A stretch of DNA of 64,000 nt from Cyanophyceae cyanobacterium (GCA_038321985.1 JBBQFN010000006.1:1-64000), one strand, 5' to 3'. Shown: positions 24,847 to 35,258, numbered from the stretch's first letter. Numbers and translations are program-made. Notes: generated by a model from the sequence alone, not told the origin.

Positions 24847-25701
24847 ATGAAAATCAAAAAATTTGAAACACTTTATAGGGAAGGAACCAGAGATTTTTCC
24901 CACTGGGATTTATCTGAGCAGAAAGCGCCCTGGGTCAACATGAGCTACGTTAATCTTAGGGGTGGAAACTTGAGTCATAGTCAATTTTGTTCGGCACTTC
25001 TCCAAGGATCAACGCTCATTAGAGCTAACCTAGAACAAACTAAGCTCAGAGCGGCAGATCTGCGGGGAACCGACCTCAGTCAGGCCAATTTAAGCGGTGC
25101 AGATTTAAGTCGAGCTGATATGCTAGAGACTAACTTAAGCGGTGCCAATCTTGAAGGAGCCGATCTCAGGGATGTGACATTTGGTGACGTCATCCTTGCC
25201 GACGCCAACTTAAGGCAAGCCAATCTCCAGAGACTCAACTTGAGGGGGATCAACCTGAGTGGCGCTAACTTAACCGGCGCAAACATCACCGGAGTTTTAT
25301 TCTATAATGCTAATTTGTCTAGAGCTAATTTAAGCCAATTAGATCTCAGTCATGCCGACCTGAGTGGTGCTAATCTGAGTTACGCAGATTTAACCCATAC
25401 AAAACTTACTGAGGCCATACTTTACGGAACTAATTTAAGCGGTGCGATCTTAACGTCCGCACAGTTAGAGGGAGCCAAAATGAATGGAGCCCTTTTAGAT
25501 GGAGCCAATCTTAGCCAAGCAAATCTCCAAAATGCGGATGTCAAATGGGTGGATTTAACTAACGCGAATTTAGAACATACAGACTGGATGGGCGCTTGTT
25601 TGAAACTGGCAGACCTCAGGGGTGCGAAGGTGAACGATGCCAACTTCTCTCACAGCGATTTGCGCGGAGCGATCATCCCTAACAATAACATTATGGAATA
25701 G
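24847..25701 (+). CDS. Pentapeptide repeat protein
   Basis: Y..G.RDF N-cap followed by continuous A(D/N)Lxx repeats. Confidence 0.93.
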   Translation: MKIKKFETLYREGTRDFSHWDLSEQKAPWVNMSYVNLRGGNLSHSQFCSALLQGSTLIRANLEQTKLRAADLRGTDLSQANLSGADLSRADMLETNLSGANLEGADLRDVTFGDVILADANLRQANLQRLNLRGINLSGANLTGANITGVLFYNANLSRANLSQLDLSHADLSGANLSYADLTHTKLTEAILYGTNLSGAILTSAQLEGAKMNGALLDGANLSQANLQNADVKWVDLTNANLEHTDWMGACLKLADLRGAKVNDANFSHSDLRGAIIPNNNIME

Positions 25702-25713
25702 GAATAAAAGCGA

Positions 25714-26154
25714 ATGAAACAAAAACCACAACTCCCGGTTATTGGGTGGCGGGAGTGGGTTTCTTTACCTGAGTTGGGGATTGATAAAATAAAAGCCAAG
25801 ATTGATACGGGTGCGCGGTCGTCTGCCATCCATGCTTTTGATATTGAACCCTTTTTCCATGAAGGAAGGCATCTAGTTCGCTTTAAAGTACATCCTTATC
25901 AACGGGATATTCTTCATAGCGTTGTTACTGTATCCCCATTGTTAGATGAAAGACAGGTTCGCAATTCTGGCGGCCATGCCGAGTTAAGGCTGGTTATCCT
26001 TACCCCAATAGAAATTGGGGGTCACCAATGGCCGATCGAACTGACCCTAACCAATCGCGATGTCATGGGATTTCGGATGTTGCTTGGACGTCAAGGGTTA
26101 CGTCATCGCTTTTTAGTCGAGCCAGGCCGGTCTTTTTTGCTGAGTCATAAATAA
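25714..26154 (+). CDS. RimK-associated retropepsin-like protease (RimB-like)
   Basis: IGWREWV.LP, AKIDTGA, M.FRMLLGR motifs. Confidence 0.88.
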   Translation: MKQKPQLPVIGWREWVSLPELGIDKIKAKIDTGARSSAIHAFDIEPFFHEGRHLVRFKVHPYQRDILHSVVTVSPLLDERQVRNSGGHAELRLVILTPIEIGGHQWPIELTLTNRDVMGFRMLLGRQGLRHRFLVEPGRSFLLSHK

Positions 26155-26530
26155 AAAAATCCCCTCACCGGGTCAGAGGGATGGTTTCTGGTACAGGCGA
26201 ACGTGGGGCAGGAGGGCTATAAATCCGATGAAAAAGGTTAATTAAATTCAGGCTTTTAAAAGTTGAATTGGATAATAAATCATAATTTTTATCAAAATGT
26301 AGGTTTTAATGCTAACCGAAGGCTATTTTTTTTAGTAATTAGTGGTTAGGTTTGGATAAGGTCGCGGCGTTAATTTATAATTTAACCGGCGATCGTCTAA
26401 ACAAGCCCGACTAAAACACAGGGGGATTGATCCCGATGGCCGGTGGATAAACGACCCTACAATGTCCGACTTCTTATACCCGTTCATTAAAAATCAAAGA
26501 TTTGCTCAGAAGGTTCAGGCAACTAGACGA

Positions 26531-26558
26531 TTGACAAGGGTTTAAAATCAGGTAAAAT
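26531..26558 (+). promoter_or_regulatory. Putative sigma70 promoter for rimK
   Basis: TTGACA-N16-TAAAAT about 265 nt upstream of the rimK ATG. Confidence 0.55.
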
Positions 26559-26822
26559 AAATAAAATTTTGAAATACCTCTTCTGCTTAAAACGACTTTA
26601 ACGGGTAAAAAATATAAGTCGGCCAGTCAAATGAAGACCTAGAGGGAATAGCTCGATCGCAGCCAAACCCGGAGACTTCGGCTGAATTTCGGGGGCGATC
26701 GCGCCACAGGTTTACAAAAGGATCGCCAATCTCTCTTTGAGTTCGGGGATACTTTCAACTTGGACTTGTTCGTTTTAGGGTAGATCGAGAAAGTTAATAT
26801 CAGGGAATAAAAATAAAGGACT

Positions 26823-27728
26823 ATGAAAATCGCGATTTTGTCGCAAAAGGCTTCACTTTACTCGACCCGACGCCTCAAAGAAGCCGGTGAGCAGCGCGGC
26901 CATCACATGAAGGTAATCGATTACCTCCGCTGTTATATGAATATCGCCTCTCATCGGCCAACGGTTGTTTATCAGGAGAAACAGTTAGAAGACTTTGATG
27001 CCATTATCCCCCGAATTGGGGCCTCTAAAACCTTCTACGGAACTGCTGTGGTGCGCCAGTTTGAGATGATGGGAGTCTTCACCGCGAATGAATCCCAAGC
27101 TATTTCGCGATCGCGGGATAAACTGCGCTGCTTGCAACTCCTGGCCCGCGAGGGAATCGGACTGCCCGTAACGGGGTTTGCTAATTCGACTAAGGATATT
27201 GAAGGATTAATCGACATTGTGGGCGGTGCACCCCTGGTAATTAAGCTGCTAGAAGGCACCCAAGGCATTGGGGTAGTCCTTGCAGAAACCAATCAAGCGG
27301 CGAAGTCCGTAATTGAAGCCTTTCGAGGTTTGGACGCCAATATTCTGGTGCAAGAATTTATTAAGGAAGCCGGGGGTGCAGATATCCGCTGTTTTGTGGT
27401 GGGAGATAAGGTTGTAGCTTCAATGAAGCGCCAGAGTGAGCCGGGGGAATTTCGCTCTAATCTACACCGGGGTGGCACAGCCGAAAAAATCAAACTCACC
27501 CCAGAGGAACGCTCAACAGCGGTGCGGGCCGCAAAAACAATGGGGTTAAAAGTGGCCGGGGTAGATATCCTGCGATCAAATCACGGCCCTGTGGTGATTG
27601 AGGTAAATTCGTCGCCAGGTTTGGAGGGAATTGAGGCGGCCTCCAGTGTGGATGTAGCGAGCAAAATTATCGAATTTATTGAGAAAAATTCAGCCCCGAA
27701 AAAAAACCGCGATCGCATTCAATCCTGA
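26823..27728 (+). CDS. rimK: RimK alpha-L-glutamate ligase (ATP-grasp)
   Basis: [46 protein letters not shown]. Confidence 0.96.
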   Translation: MKIAILSQKASLYSTRRLKEAGEQRGHHMKVIDYLRCYMNIASHRPTVVYQEKQLEDFDAIIPRIGASKTFYGTAVVRQFEMMGVFTANESQAISRSRDKLRCLQLLAREGIGLPVTGFANSTKDIEGLIDIVGGAPLVIKLLEGTQGIGVVLAETNQAAKSVIEAFRGLDANILVQEFIKEAGGADIRCFVVGDKVVASMKRQSEPGEFRSNLHRGGTAEKIKLTPEERSTAVRAAKTMGLKVAGVDILRSNHGPVVIEVNSSPGLEGIEAASSVDVASKIIEFIEKNSAPKKNRDRIQS

Positions 27729-27858
27729 CCCTACGTGCTCCCATTGATACCGGCATCCGTGAAGGTGTCGGTTTGATTTGCTCCCAAACTCTTGTAAATT
27801 AGAATACATTCACCCCTGCCCTTGCGCCGTAAGCAAACCGCCTGCGAAACTAAACAGT

Positions 27859-28842
27859 ATGTCCGGAGTCATTCAAATCGGCAAGGCGACAATCTCACCG
27901 GGAGAACAAAGGCGCTTAGAATTGCCGGTGGCCCGACTGCCGACGCAAACCCTCTTGGGACTGCCGGTAACCGTAATCAATGGCACAAAAGAGGGGCCGA
28001 GGCTCTGGTTAAGCGCGGCTATTCACGGGGATGAAATTAACGGGGTGGAAATTATTCGGCAGGTGCTACATCAAATCTCCCCTCGTCAACTCTGTGGAAG
28101 CATTATCGCCGTTCCTATTGTTAATGTTTTTGGGTTTATTGAACAATCTCGCTATTTACCCGATCGCCGGGACCTAAACCGCTCCTTTCCAGGTTCTGCA
28201 AGAGGTTCGTTGGCCTCTCGATTGGCTCATCTGTTTATGAAAGAAGTGGTGATGCGATCGACTCATGGGATTGATTTACATACGGCTTCCCATCATCGAA
28301 TCAATCTGCCTCAAATTCGCGCCAATCTCTCCGATGGGGAAACCTATCGCTGTGCTCAGGCGTTTGGCGCACCCTTGATGATTCATGCCCTAACTCGGGA
28401 TGGCTCGTTACGGCAGGCTGCTACCCAGCTCGGAATTCCCGTTTTGCTGTATGAAAGTGGGGAAGCGCTGAGATTTGATGCAGAGGCGATCGCCGTGGGG
28501 ACTCGGGGGATTATGCAAGTGATGGCAATGCTGGGGATGATCGAGGGTTACGCCCCTTCCCAACTCCCCCCTTCGTTAGAGGTTAAAAAAACTCAATGGG
28601 TGCGATCACCCTCTAGCGGAATTCTTCACTTAGAAGTAGGACTCGGCCAATCCATTTCTAAAAAACAGCCATTAGGGACTATCTGTGATGCGTTTGGGGA
28701 CCAGACGATGAAAGTGTATGCTCCCTTTGATGGGGTGATCATCGGTCATACCCAAAACCCATTAGTTAGCCAAGGAGATGCCATTTTAAACCTAGCAGCA
28801 ATTGAACCCAAAAACCGTACTCTTTCCCCTAAAGCGCGATAA
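27859..28842 (+). CDS. Succinylglutamate desuccinylase/aspartoacylase (M14) family protein
   Basis: AAIHGDE, DLNRSFPG, IDLHT, YE.GE; ATG 27859 preferred over TTG 27778. Confidence 0.9.
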   Translation: MSGVIQIGKATISPGEQRRLELPVARLPTQTLLGLPVTVINGTKEGPRLWLSAAIHGDEINGVEIIRQVLHQISPRQLCGSIIAVPIVNVFGFIEQSRYLPDRRDLNRSFPGSARGSLASRLAHLFMKEVVMRSTHGIDLHTASHHRINLPQIRANLSDGETYRCAQAFGAPLMIHALTRDGSLRQAATQLGIPVLLYESGEALRFDAEAIAVGTRGIMQVMAMLGMIEGYAPSQLPPSLEVKKTQWVRSPSSGILHLEVGLGQSISKKQPLGTICDAFGDQTMKVYAPFDGVIIGHTQNPLVSQGDAILNLAAIEPKNRTLSPKAR

Positions 28843-29065
28843 GTGCTTATTCCCACCGTGGACAATTCCGTTCCAAGCATTGAAACATTTGCTCCCTTGG
28901 GGTTTCCATACCCTTCTTCCTAATTGTAAAGGTTTATTTACAAAAGTTTATTTTTTTTAAAACAATCCGGGAGTGTCATCAAAAAATATCCGGTAAAATT
29001 AAGTAAAGTTTGTGAAAATCCATTTAAATTAACAAGCGGATAAAATCTTGAGTAAGCCTTTTTAA

Positions 29066-29254
29066 ATGTTGTCTATGAAAATTCAAACGGGAGATTGTTT
29101 AATTTCCAGGGATGGTCGCTACTATCGGGTCGTTGATTGTTGTGGCGAATTTATATCCTTAGTGCCAGTTCAGGGCTACACGGTATTTACCTGTCGTCAG
29201 AGTTTTTTAGAATCTTCGTTTAGCTTCGTCGATACGGAACAACAAGTAGCTTGA
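29066..29254 (+). CDS. Hypothetical 62-aa protein (possible SH3-like beta fold)
   Basis: ATG ORF with own AT-rich upstream region and downstream terminator; GD.L...DG..Y.V pattern. Confidence 0.55.
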   Translation: MLSMKIQTGDCLISRDGRYYRVVDCCGEFISLVPVQGYTVFTCRQSFLESSFSFVDTEQQVA

Positions 29255-29282
29255 ACAAAGAGGGGGATCACCCTCTTTGTTC
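29253..29282. terminator. Hairpin terminator between convergent genes
   Basis: gaacaaagaggg/ccctctttgttc inverted repeat. Confidence 0.65.
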
Positions 29283-29344
29283 CGGTGGCAAGATGCAAAG
29301 ACCTTTCAATAGCAACCGAAAGCATTAACGAAGATGAAAGGCGC

Positions 29345-30577
29345 TTAAGCGGGACCTACGGCAGCGACTGCGGCTTCTAGGGCGATCGCGATGTGGGTCC
29401 AATGGGTTCCCCCCTGACAAAACACAATATAAGGCTCCCGTAACGGACCATCGGCGGAAAACTCGGAGGTACTGCCATCAATAAAGGTCCCCCCGGCCAT
29501 CACCAACTCACTCTCATATCCCGGCATAGGTGCAGGCACGGGATCCAAATAGGACCCGATCGGCGAATACTTTTGAATAGCGCGGCAAAACGCGATCAGC
29601 TTCTGCGCCGAACCCAACTGAATCCCCTGAATAACATCCCGCCTCGGTGCCTTCGGAAGTGGATTCACCGGATATCCCAGGCGATCGAAGACATAACCCG
29701 TCAAATGATTTCCCTTCATCGCCTCTCCCACCATTTGCGGGGCTAGAAATAACCCCTGAAACAGCAGGCGATTGCGATCAAACGTTGCCCCCCCACTGCT
29801 GCCAATACCCGGCGCTGTTAGCCGACAGGTTGCCGCTTCTACCAAATCGGCTCGCCCTGCCACATAGCCTCCGCCTTCAACAATCGTCCCACCGGGATTT
29901 TTAATCAAGGAACCCGCAATCAAATCTGCTCCAACCGCAGGGGGTTCCCGATCCTCGATAAATTCGCCATAGCAGTTATCCACAAAACAAATCGTCTCGG
30001 GATTTTGACGTTTGACGAGATTAATAATTTTTTCAATATCGGCAATCGAAAGACTGGGACGCCAGGAGTAGCCACAAGAGCGCTGAATCGACACCAAACG
30101 GGTCTTTTTCGTGACAGCACCGGCGAGGGAAAGCCAGTCGATTTCCCCAGTGGGGGCGAGTTCTAATTGGCGATAAGTGACCCCAAATTCCATCAGAGAA
30201 CCTTGACCTGTCCCCCTCAAACCAATTACTTCTTCTAATGTGTCGTAGGGAGCGCCCGCAACCGCCAGCATTTCATCTCCAGGACGGAGTACCCCAAAGA
30301 GGGCACAAGCGATCGCATGAGTACCGGAAACAAACTGTACTCTTACCGCTGCTGCCTCGGCACCCATCACTTCAGCAAATATTTGGTCTAGAGTCTGACG
30401 CCCTAAATCATCATGGCCGTAACCTGTCACCCCCGCAAAATGGTGAACTCCAACGCGCTGACGACGGTAAGCCGCTAAGACTCGCTCCAAATTTTTCTTG
30501 ACCTGGGCGTCAATTTCAAAAAAAATCGGAAAGAGTGCCGTTTCTGCTTCTTGGAGCCATTGAGAGCTATCCATCAA
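29345..30577 (-). CDS. Methionine gamma-lyase family / aluminium-resistance (YnbB-like) PLP enzyme
   Basis: TGYGHDD.GR, SGTHA, QRSCGYS.R, DNCYGEF, GSLIKNPGG, MAGGTF..GS..E.SAD. Confidence 0.9.
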   Translation of the reverse strand: MMDSSQWLQEAETALFPIFFEIDAQVKKNLERVLAAYRRQRVGVHHFAGVTGYGHDDLGRQTLDQIFAEVMGAEAAAVRVQFVSGTHAIACALFGVLRPGDEMLAVAGAPYDTLEEVIGLRGTGQGSLMEFGVTYRQLELAPTGEIDWLSLAGAVTKKTRLVSIQRSCGYSWRPSLSIADIEKIINLVKRQNPETICFVDNCYGEFIEDREPPAVGADLIAGSLIKNPGGTIVEGGGYVAGRADLVEAATCRLTAPGIGSSGGATFDRNRLLFQGLFLAPQMVGEAMKGNHLTGYVFDRLGYPVNPLPKAPRRDVIQGIQLGSAQKLIAFCRAIQKYSPIGSYLDPVPAPMPGYESELVMAGGTFIDGSTSEFSADGPLREPYIVFCQGGTHWTHIAIALEAAVAAVGPA

Positions 30578-30816
30578 AACCTCATCTGAAATGTTAGAGT
30601 GAGCTAAGGGAATAATTGCCCTCTTGTAAAATAATCTCAGCCAATCGAGGGTTTTGCCAACTTGGGCGTTCCTATAGACTCTTACCAGGAGTCGAGGCGA
30701 TCGCGCCGTAGGGCGAAAAGACGAAACCTCACGGTTGATAGCTGATGGTGCAGTTGCAACATCGCACAGCAGATTTTGGCAGAAAAATTTGTAATAAGGT
30801 CACAATAAGGTCACAG

Positions 30817-31674
30817 ATGACGATTGTCAGTTCAACACAAGAAACAATAGGGCAAGATGTGCCCATGCGGCCTGACTGGCCGGTTATCATATTCATGATC
30901 GTAATTCACGCCCTAGCCCTGTTCGCATTCCTGCCGAACACCTTTAGCTGGGCGGCAGTGGGTTTGGCGGTCTTATTCCACTGGGTAACCGGGGGTCTCG
31001 GAGTTACCCTAGGATTTCATAGGTTAGTCACTCACCGTAGCTTTACCGCGCCCAAGTGGTTAGAGTATTTTCTCGTACTCTGCGGGACCCTAAGCTGTCA
31101 AGGGAGTCCGATCGATTGGGTTGGACTACATCGAGCACATCATCTACATTCGGATCACTCCTCCGATCCCCATGACTCCAATCAGGGCTTCTGGTGGAGT
31201 CACATGGGTTGGTTGTTTTATCACTCTCCCGCAGAAGCAGAAATCCCTCGCTTAACAAAAGATATTGCAGAGGATCCGTTTTATCAGTTTTGCGACAAGT
31301 TTTTACTTCCGATTCAAATTGTTTTAGGCATTAGTTTCTACTTCTTAGGAGAAGCCATCTCCCCTGGACTGGGCTGGTCCTTTGTTGTTTGGGGAATTTT
31401 TGTCCGCCTCGTAGTCGTGTTTCACTGCACCTGGTTTGTGAACAGCGCCACTCATAAGTTTGGCTACCGCACCTATGACAGTGAAGACCGCTCTACCAAC
31501 TGCTGGTGGGTGGCGTTAGTGACTTATGGCGAAGGTTGGCACAACAATCACCATGCTTATCAATATTCCGCTCGACATGGAATGCAGTGGTGGGAAATAG
31601 ACTTTACTTGGATGACAATTCAAGTGTTACAAGCCCTGGGCCTTGCTAAAAACGTTAAGTTAGTAGCGAAATAA
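30817..31674 (+). CDS. desC: Acyl-lipid delta-9 desaturase
   Basis: His boxes HRLVTH, HRAHH, HNNHH; ATG 30817 preferred. Confidence 0.92.
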   Translation: MTIVSSTQETIGQDVPMRPDWPVIIFMIVIHALALFAFLPNTFSWAAVGLAVLFHWVTGGLGVTLGFHRLVTHRSFTAPKWLEYFLVLCGTLSCQGSPIDWVGLHRAHHLHSDHSSDPHDSNQGFWWSHMGWLFYHSPAEAEIPRLTKDIAEDPFYQFCDKFLLPIQIVLGISFYFLGEAISPGLGWSFVVWGIFVRLVVVFHCTWFVNSATHKFGYRTYDSEDRSTNCWWVALVTYGEGWHNNHHAYQYSARHGMQWWEIDFTWMTIQVLQALGLAKNVKLVAK

Positions 31675-32322
31675 CCTCCCCGGTTTAAAGGGGTAGAACT
31701 CAGTTCAGGCTGAAAAGAGTAGGATTTTGGATTATCGCTTTAAGCCCTAATCCAAAATCTATCGAAAAATCGAAACATCAAAATTTAAGCCCTTAGCAAT
31801 GCAAAGAAGTCCTGAAGTGAAAAGATTCCAGGAATTTGAGGCAGGGGGTTTAGAAGCAATCAGGGGTCAGATGTAATGTTGAAGTTTGACAACTTAACGA
31901 CATCCGCATCATGGCCCCTTATTTATATCTCTATCTATCATGAACTCCAGAACTAACTAACTCAATGGATCAATAGCGCCGTTGTTTCAATTGCCTTTAT
32001 GGAGTTGTCTAAAATCTCAACCGCTTGGCTGAGCCCTATGAATTTATAACTATATTGTTTGGTTAACTCCGATTAGGCATTTAATTTTTCTGGACCGATC
32101 AGGGGGTTCGGGTGGCGGTTAGTCAGCTGGCACAATCTCTGGAAAATGATTTTATGGTTTAGCCCATAGGTAATTTACCGGCATTTGGCACTTTTGCCGG
32201 CAGATTGCGGACAGAATCGGTAAAATTATCTCATCTAATTTTGAGTGGGGCATTACTTTTAGCTTACCGAGGCTGAAATATCGGGCTTGACTGATTTCCA
32301 TTCATCCACTTTTTTTAATATT

Positions 32323-32931
32323 ATGCTCGATTGGATTACGGACACCATCGCTACCTTTAATTACTGGGGAATTGCTCTGTTGATGCTGCTGGAGAACATT
32401 ATTCCTCCAATTCCTTCAGAACTGATTATGCCTTTGGCAGGGTTCACAGTCACCCAAGAGAAACTAACTTTTTTTGGAGTGGTAGTTGCCGGAACAATTG
32501 GTTCACTACTGGGTGCATTGCCTTGGTATTACGTCAGTAGACGAATAGGCGAAAAACAATTAAAAAAATGGATTGATCGGTATGGTAAATGGGTAACCTT
32601 ATCGAGTGAAGACATCAATAAATCCCAGGTATGGTTTAACAAATATGGTGGGATCGTTGTTTTATTTGGACGATTAATTCCAGGCATTCGCACCTTCGTT
32701 TCTGTTCCTGCCGGGTTGCAAAAAATGCCTTGGATTCAGTTCTTGCTGTATTCCTTAGTTGGAACGCTATCCTGGAATATCTTACTCACTTATGCAGGTT
32801 TTCTGCTAGGACAAAATTATCATCTGGTAGAGAAGTTTTTAGGCCCGGTTGCTGGGGTTGTGTTGGTTAGTTTAGGAGTTTTATTCGTCCTTTGGATAAT
32901 CATAAGACGGAAGAACCAAGAGAAGTATTAG
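32323..32931 (+). CDS. DedA family membrane protein
   Basis: ENIIPPIPSE, G...G...G, FGRLIPGIRTFVSVPAG. Confidence 0.93.
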   Translation: MLDWITDTIATFNYWGIALLMLLENIIPPIPSELIMPLAGFTVTQEKLTFFGVVVAGTIGSLLGALPWYYVSRRIGEKQLKKWIDRYGKWVTLSSEDINKSQVWFNKYGGIVVLFGRLIPGIRTFVSVPAGLQKMPWIQFLLYSLVGTLSWNILLTYAGFLLGQNYHLVEKFLGPVAGVVLVSLGVLFVLWIIIRRKNQEKY

Positions 32932-33049
32932 CCAAATTTTTGTCACCGTCCTAAGTCTATGAGGGGGATTCAGCACTGTAAACGAGGTTAAAAATAGGTG
33001 GTCTTCTCAACTCGTACTAGAGATTTGAGGCTTCTGTACCCTTAAAATT

Positions 33050-34318
33050 TTAAGAGTGTCCGTTGCCTTGAATGATATGTTTAATAGTGGTCAAACTTTC
33101 TAGGCCAATTAACCCTCGGCGATGACCTTTTTGGTTAGACATTCCCAGAAAAATGGCGTCTCCCTGTTTGGGGTAGCGGTAAAACCGGGGGGAAGCATTG
33201 ATATAGGTTGAAGCGCTGTTGACGCCTACCCCAAATTGAGCACTTTCCAGATAGGATTCGGTGACGATACAATCGGCATGGCCGCTGCTGTATTGATTGA
33301 TCCAGGCGATCGCAGTTTCGAGATTATCCACTACCTTAAAGGCCACGATTTTGGTTAAATAGGCGGAGGACCATTCCGATTCTTCTACCTTTTTTAACTC
33401 GGGAAACTCTTCACTGAGTAGGCTATCCACCCGAATTTCAAACCCTTTGTCCTGCAAGCTGTTAAATAGCATTGCCAAGGAAGAGGGTTTTTGATTCCGA
33501 TGAATTAGGACTTTTTCGATCGCGTTGACGGGATCAGGTTCACTTTGATGGGAGTCTTGAATCGTCCAGCGGGCTAAATCCATACTCCCGCTTGGGGACC
33601 AATACAGATAACAGTTTCCCATCCCGGTTTTGAGTACGGGTGCCGTTGCTTGTCGAATCACCTGCTGGACGAGACTAGGGCGACCATAGGGGATGACTAA
33701 GTTAATATATTTATCCTGGCGGACTAAATCGCGGGTAGAAATGCCCATTTCAGCAGGAATCATTTCTAGACATCCTTCTGGCATTCCCACTTTAAACAAG
33801 GCTCTTTGCAAGGCATCGGCGATCGCGGCGTTAGAGTGAGCCGCATACATTCCGCCTTTAAGAATCAAACAGTTCCCTGTCTTGACGCACAGTCCAGCGG
33901 CGATCGCTCCTAAATCGGGTAGCGCTTCATAGACTAAAGCAATCACCCCTAATGGCATTAACTGGCAGTAGGATTGAGACCCTTCCACTTGATAGGACGC
34001 ATTCATCACCCGGCGCATGGGGTCCGACAACTCGGCCAACCGTTGCAGAATTTGGACCGTTGTCTGGATTCGTTCTGGCGTCAACTTGAGCCACTCCAGA
34101 ATCAAGTCGGGAACCGCCATTTCCCGGGAGGCTTCCAAATCAAGGGTATTGGCTTCTAAAATCTCATCGGAGGCTTCTTTAAGGGATTTTGCCATCCCCT
34201 CCAAAGCGCGGGTTCGGTCATAGCTGGAAGTCTGCGCCATTATCAAAGAAGCTTGATAGACGTTCTCAACGACAGCCATTGCATCGGGATTTGAGGGAAA
34301 AGAAGAATCTGTTGTCAT
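33050..34318 (-). CDS. Gamma-glutamyl phosphate reductase-like protein (ProA paralog, catalytic Cys apparently absent)
   Basis: PLGVI..YE, GN..ILKGG, SGHAD, INASPRF, RG.IGL; DPVNAIE replaces the canonical xxCNA.E. Confidence 0.85.
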   Translation of the reverse strand: MTTDSSFPSNPDAMAVVENVYQASLIMAQTSSYDRTRALEGMAKSLKEASDEILEANTLDLEASREMAVPDLILEWLKLTPERIQTTVQILQRLAELSDPMRRVMNASYQVEGSQSYCQLMPLGVIALVYEALPDLGAIAAGLCVKTGNCLILKGGMYAAHSNAAIADALQRALFKVGMPEGCLEMIPAEMGISTRDLVRQDKYINLVIPYGRPSLVQQVIRQATAPVLKTGMGNCYLYWSPSGSMDLARWTIQDSHQSEPDPVNAIEKVLIHRNQKPSSLAMLFNSLQDKGFEIRVDSLLSEEFPELKKVEESEWSSAYLTKIVAFKVVDNLETAIAWINQYSSGHADCIVTESYLESAQFGVGVNSASTYINASPRFYRYPKQGDAIFLGMSNQKGHRRGLIGLESLTTIKHIIQGNGHS

Positions 34319-34327
34319 GGAGCTAAC

Positions 34328-34735
34328 CTATCGCCTGTAAGCCAACCACACCATTAGGGCTGGCAAGGTTGCCAGCAACACCGCTAAAATGACCCAGGGG
34401 ATCACGCTTGGGCCTAGGGGTAAACCCAAAACGTAGGGTAACCAGAATACCACTAGGCCAATGACAATGACTAGGGATACAGGTAAATAGCTCTCCCGCA
34501 ATCGGGTATTTGCCACGGACCACTGATTGCCGTTCCAGTTCCAACGCCGTTTATAAGGGGAGTTGGTGGGGAGTTGCTCAATCCCCTGTGCATCTTCGGT
34601 GACCACAAAAATATTTTGACACCGATCGCAGCCTAAGGCTTCTGTCAGGGCGATCGGCACTAAACGCCCCCGTCGCCTACATGGACAGGGGTATTCTGCA
34701 TTTAGGTCAATTTTCTGGGATTTCTGAGAGGGCAC
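34328..34735 (-). CDS. Hypothetical Zn-ribbon membrane protein
   Basis: CPC...CDRC followed by two C-terminal TM helices; 9 bp upstream of the proA-like gene. Confidence 0.75.
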   Translation of the reverse strand: MPSQKSQKIDLNAEYPCPCRRRGRLVPIALTEALGCDRCQNIFVVTEDAQGIEQLPTNSPYKRRWNWNGNQWSVANTRLRESYLPVSLVIVIGLVVFWLPYVLGLPLGPSVIPWVILAVLLATLPALMVWLAYRR

Positions 34736-35186
34736 AAGCGCTAATCAATAAAAATTCCACGACTTTACATAGACTTGCCAACCTTTGCGATCGGTTCTTG
34801 TTGGCGATCGCCTGGAAATTTTGACAGCTTATGATATTGAGTTTGATACTACTTTTTCCGGTTTAGGATCACACGAATGATTGTAGCATTGGGGAGTTTT
34901 CATCACCCCTAAGTTATATGCCCGGATCTTAACATCGTTTGTTAATTTGAGCAGTCGCCTAACATCAAAACCGGCACTCCGGCTTTAAACTGGCTCACCG
35001 CCTCGGGCATCATGATTCTCCCCTCACAGGGCAGCCAGAAAACCCGGTTCTCAGTTTCCAGGGGCCCGAGCTCAAAATAGGAGGTTTGGGTTTGATCCCA
35101 TACCTAATTCAACAAAATCCCAAGTGATTAGGACCGTTTAAACGGTCGCCTTTGGGTTCCTGTTTTGTTTATGTCTGCTTTATTAA

Positions 35187-35258
35187 AGCGGGTAACGCGA
35201 TTCGAACGCGCGACATTCACCTTGGCAAGGTGACGCTCTACCACTGAGCTATACCCGC
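35187..35258 (-). tRNA. tRNA-Gly(GCC)
   Basis: GCGGGTATAGCTCAGTGGTAGAGCG-TCACC-TTGCCAA-GGTGA...GTTCGAATC...ACCCGCT; TTGACA upstream at 35305-35300. Confidence 0.97.

Noticed and set aside
28926..28941. NtcA binding site
   Set aside because: Spacing is GTA-N10-TAC, not GTA-N8-TAC.
34740..35186. Integrated element at the 3' end of tRNA-Gly (also checked for tRNA-Ala)
   Set aside because: No integrase and no duplicated tRNA 3' end found.
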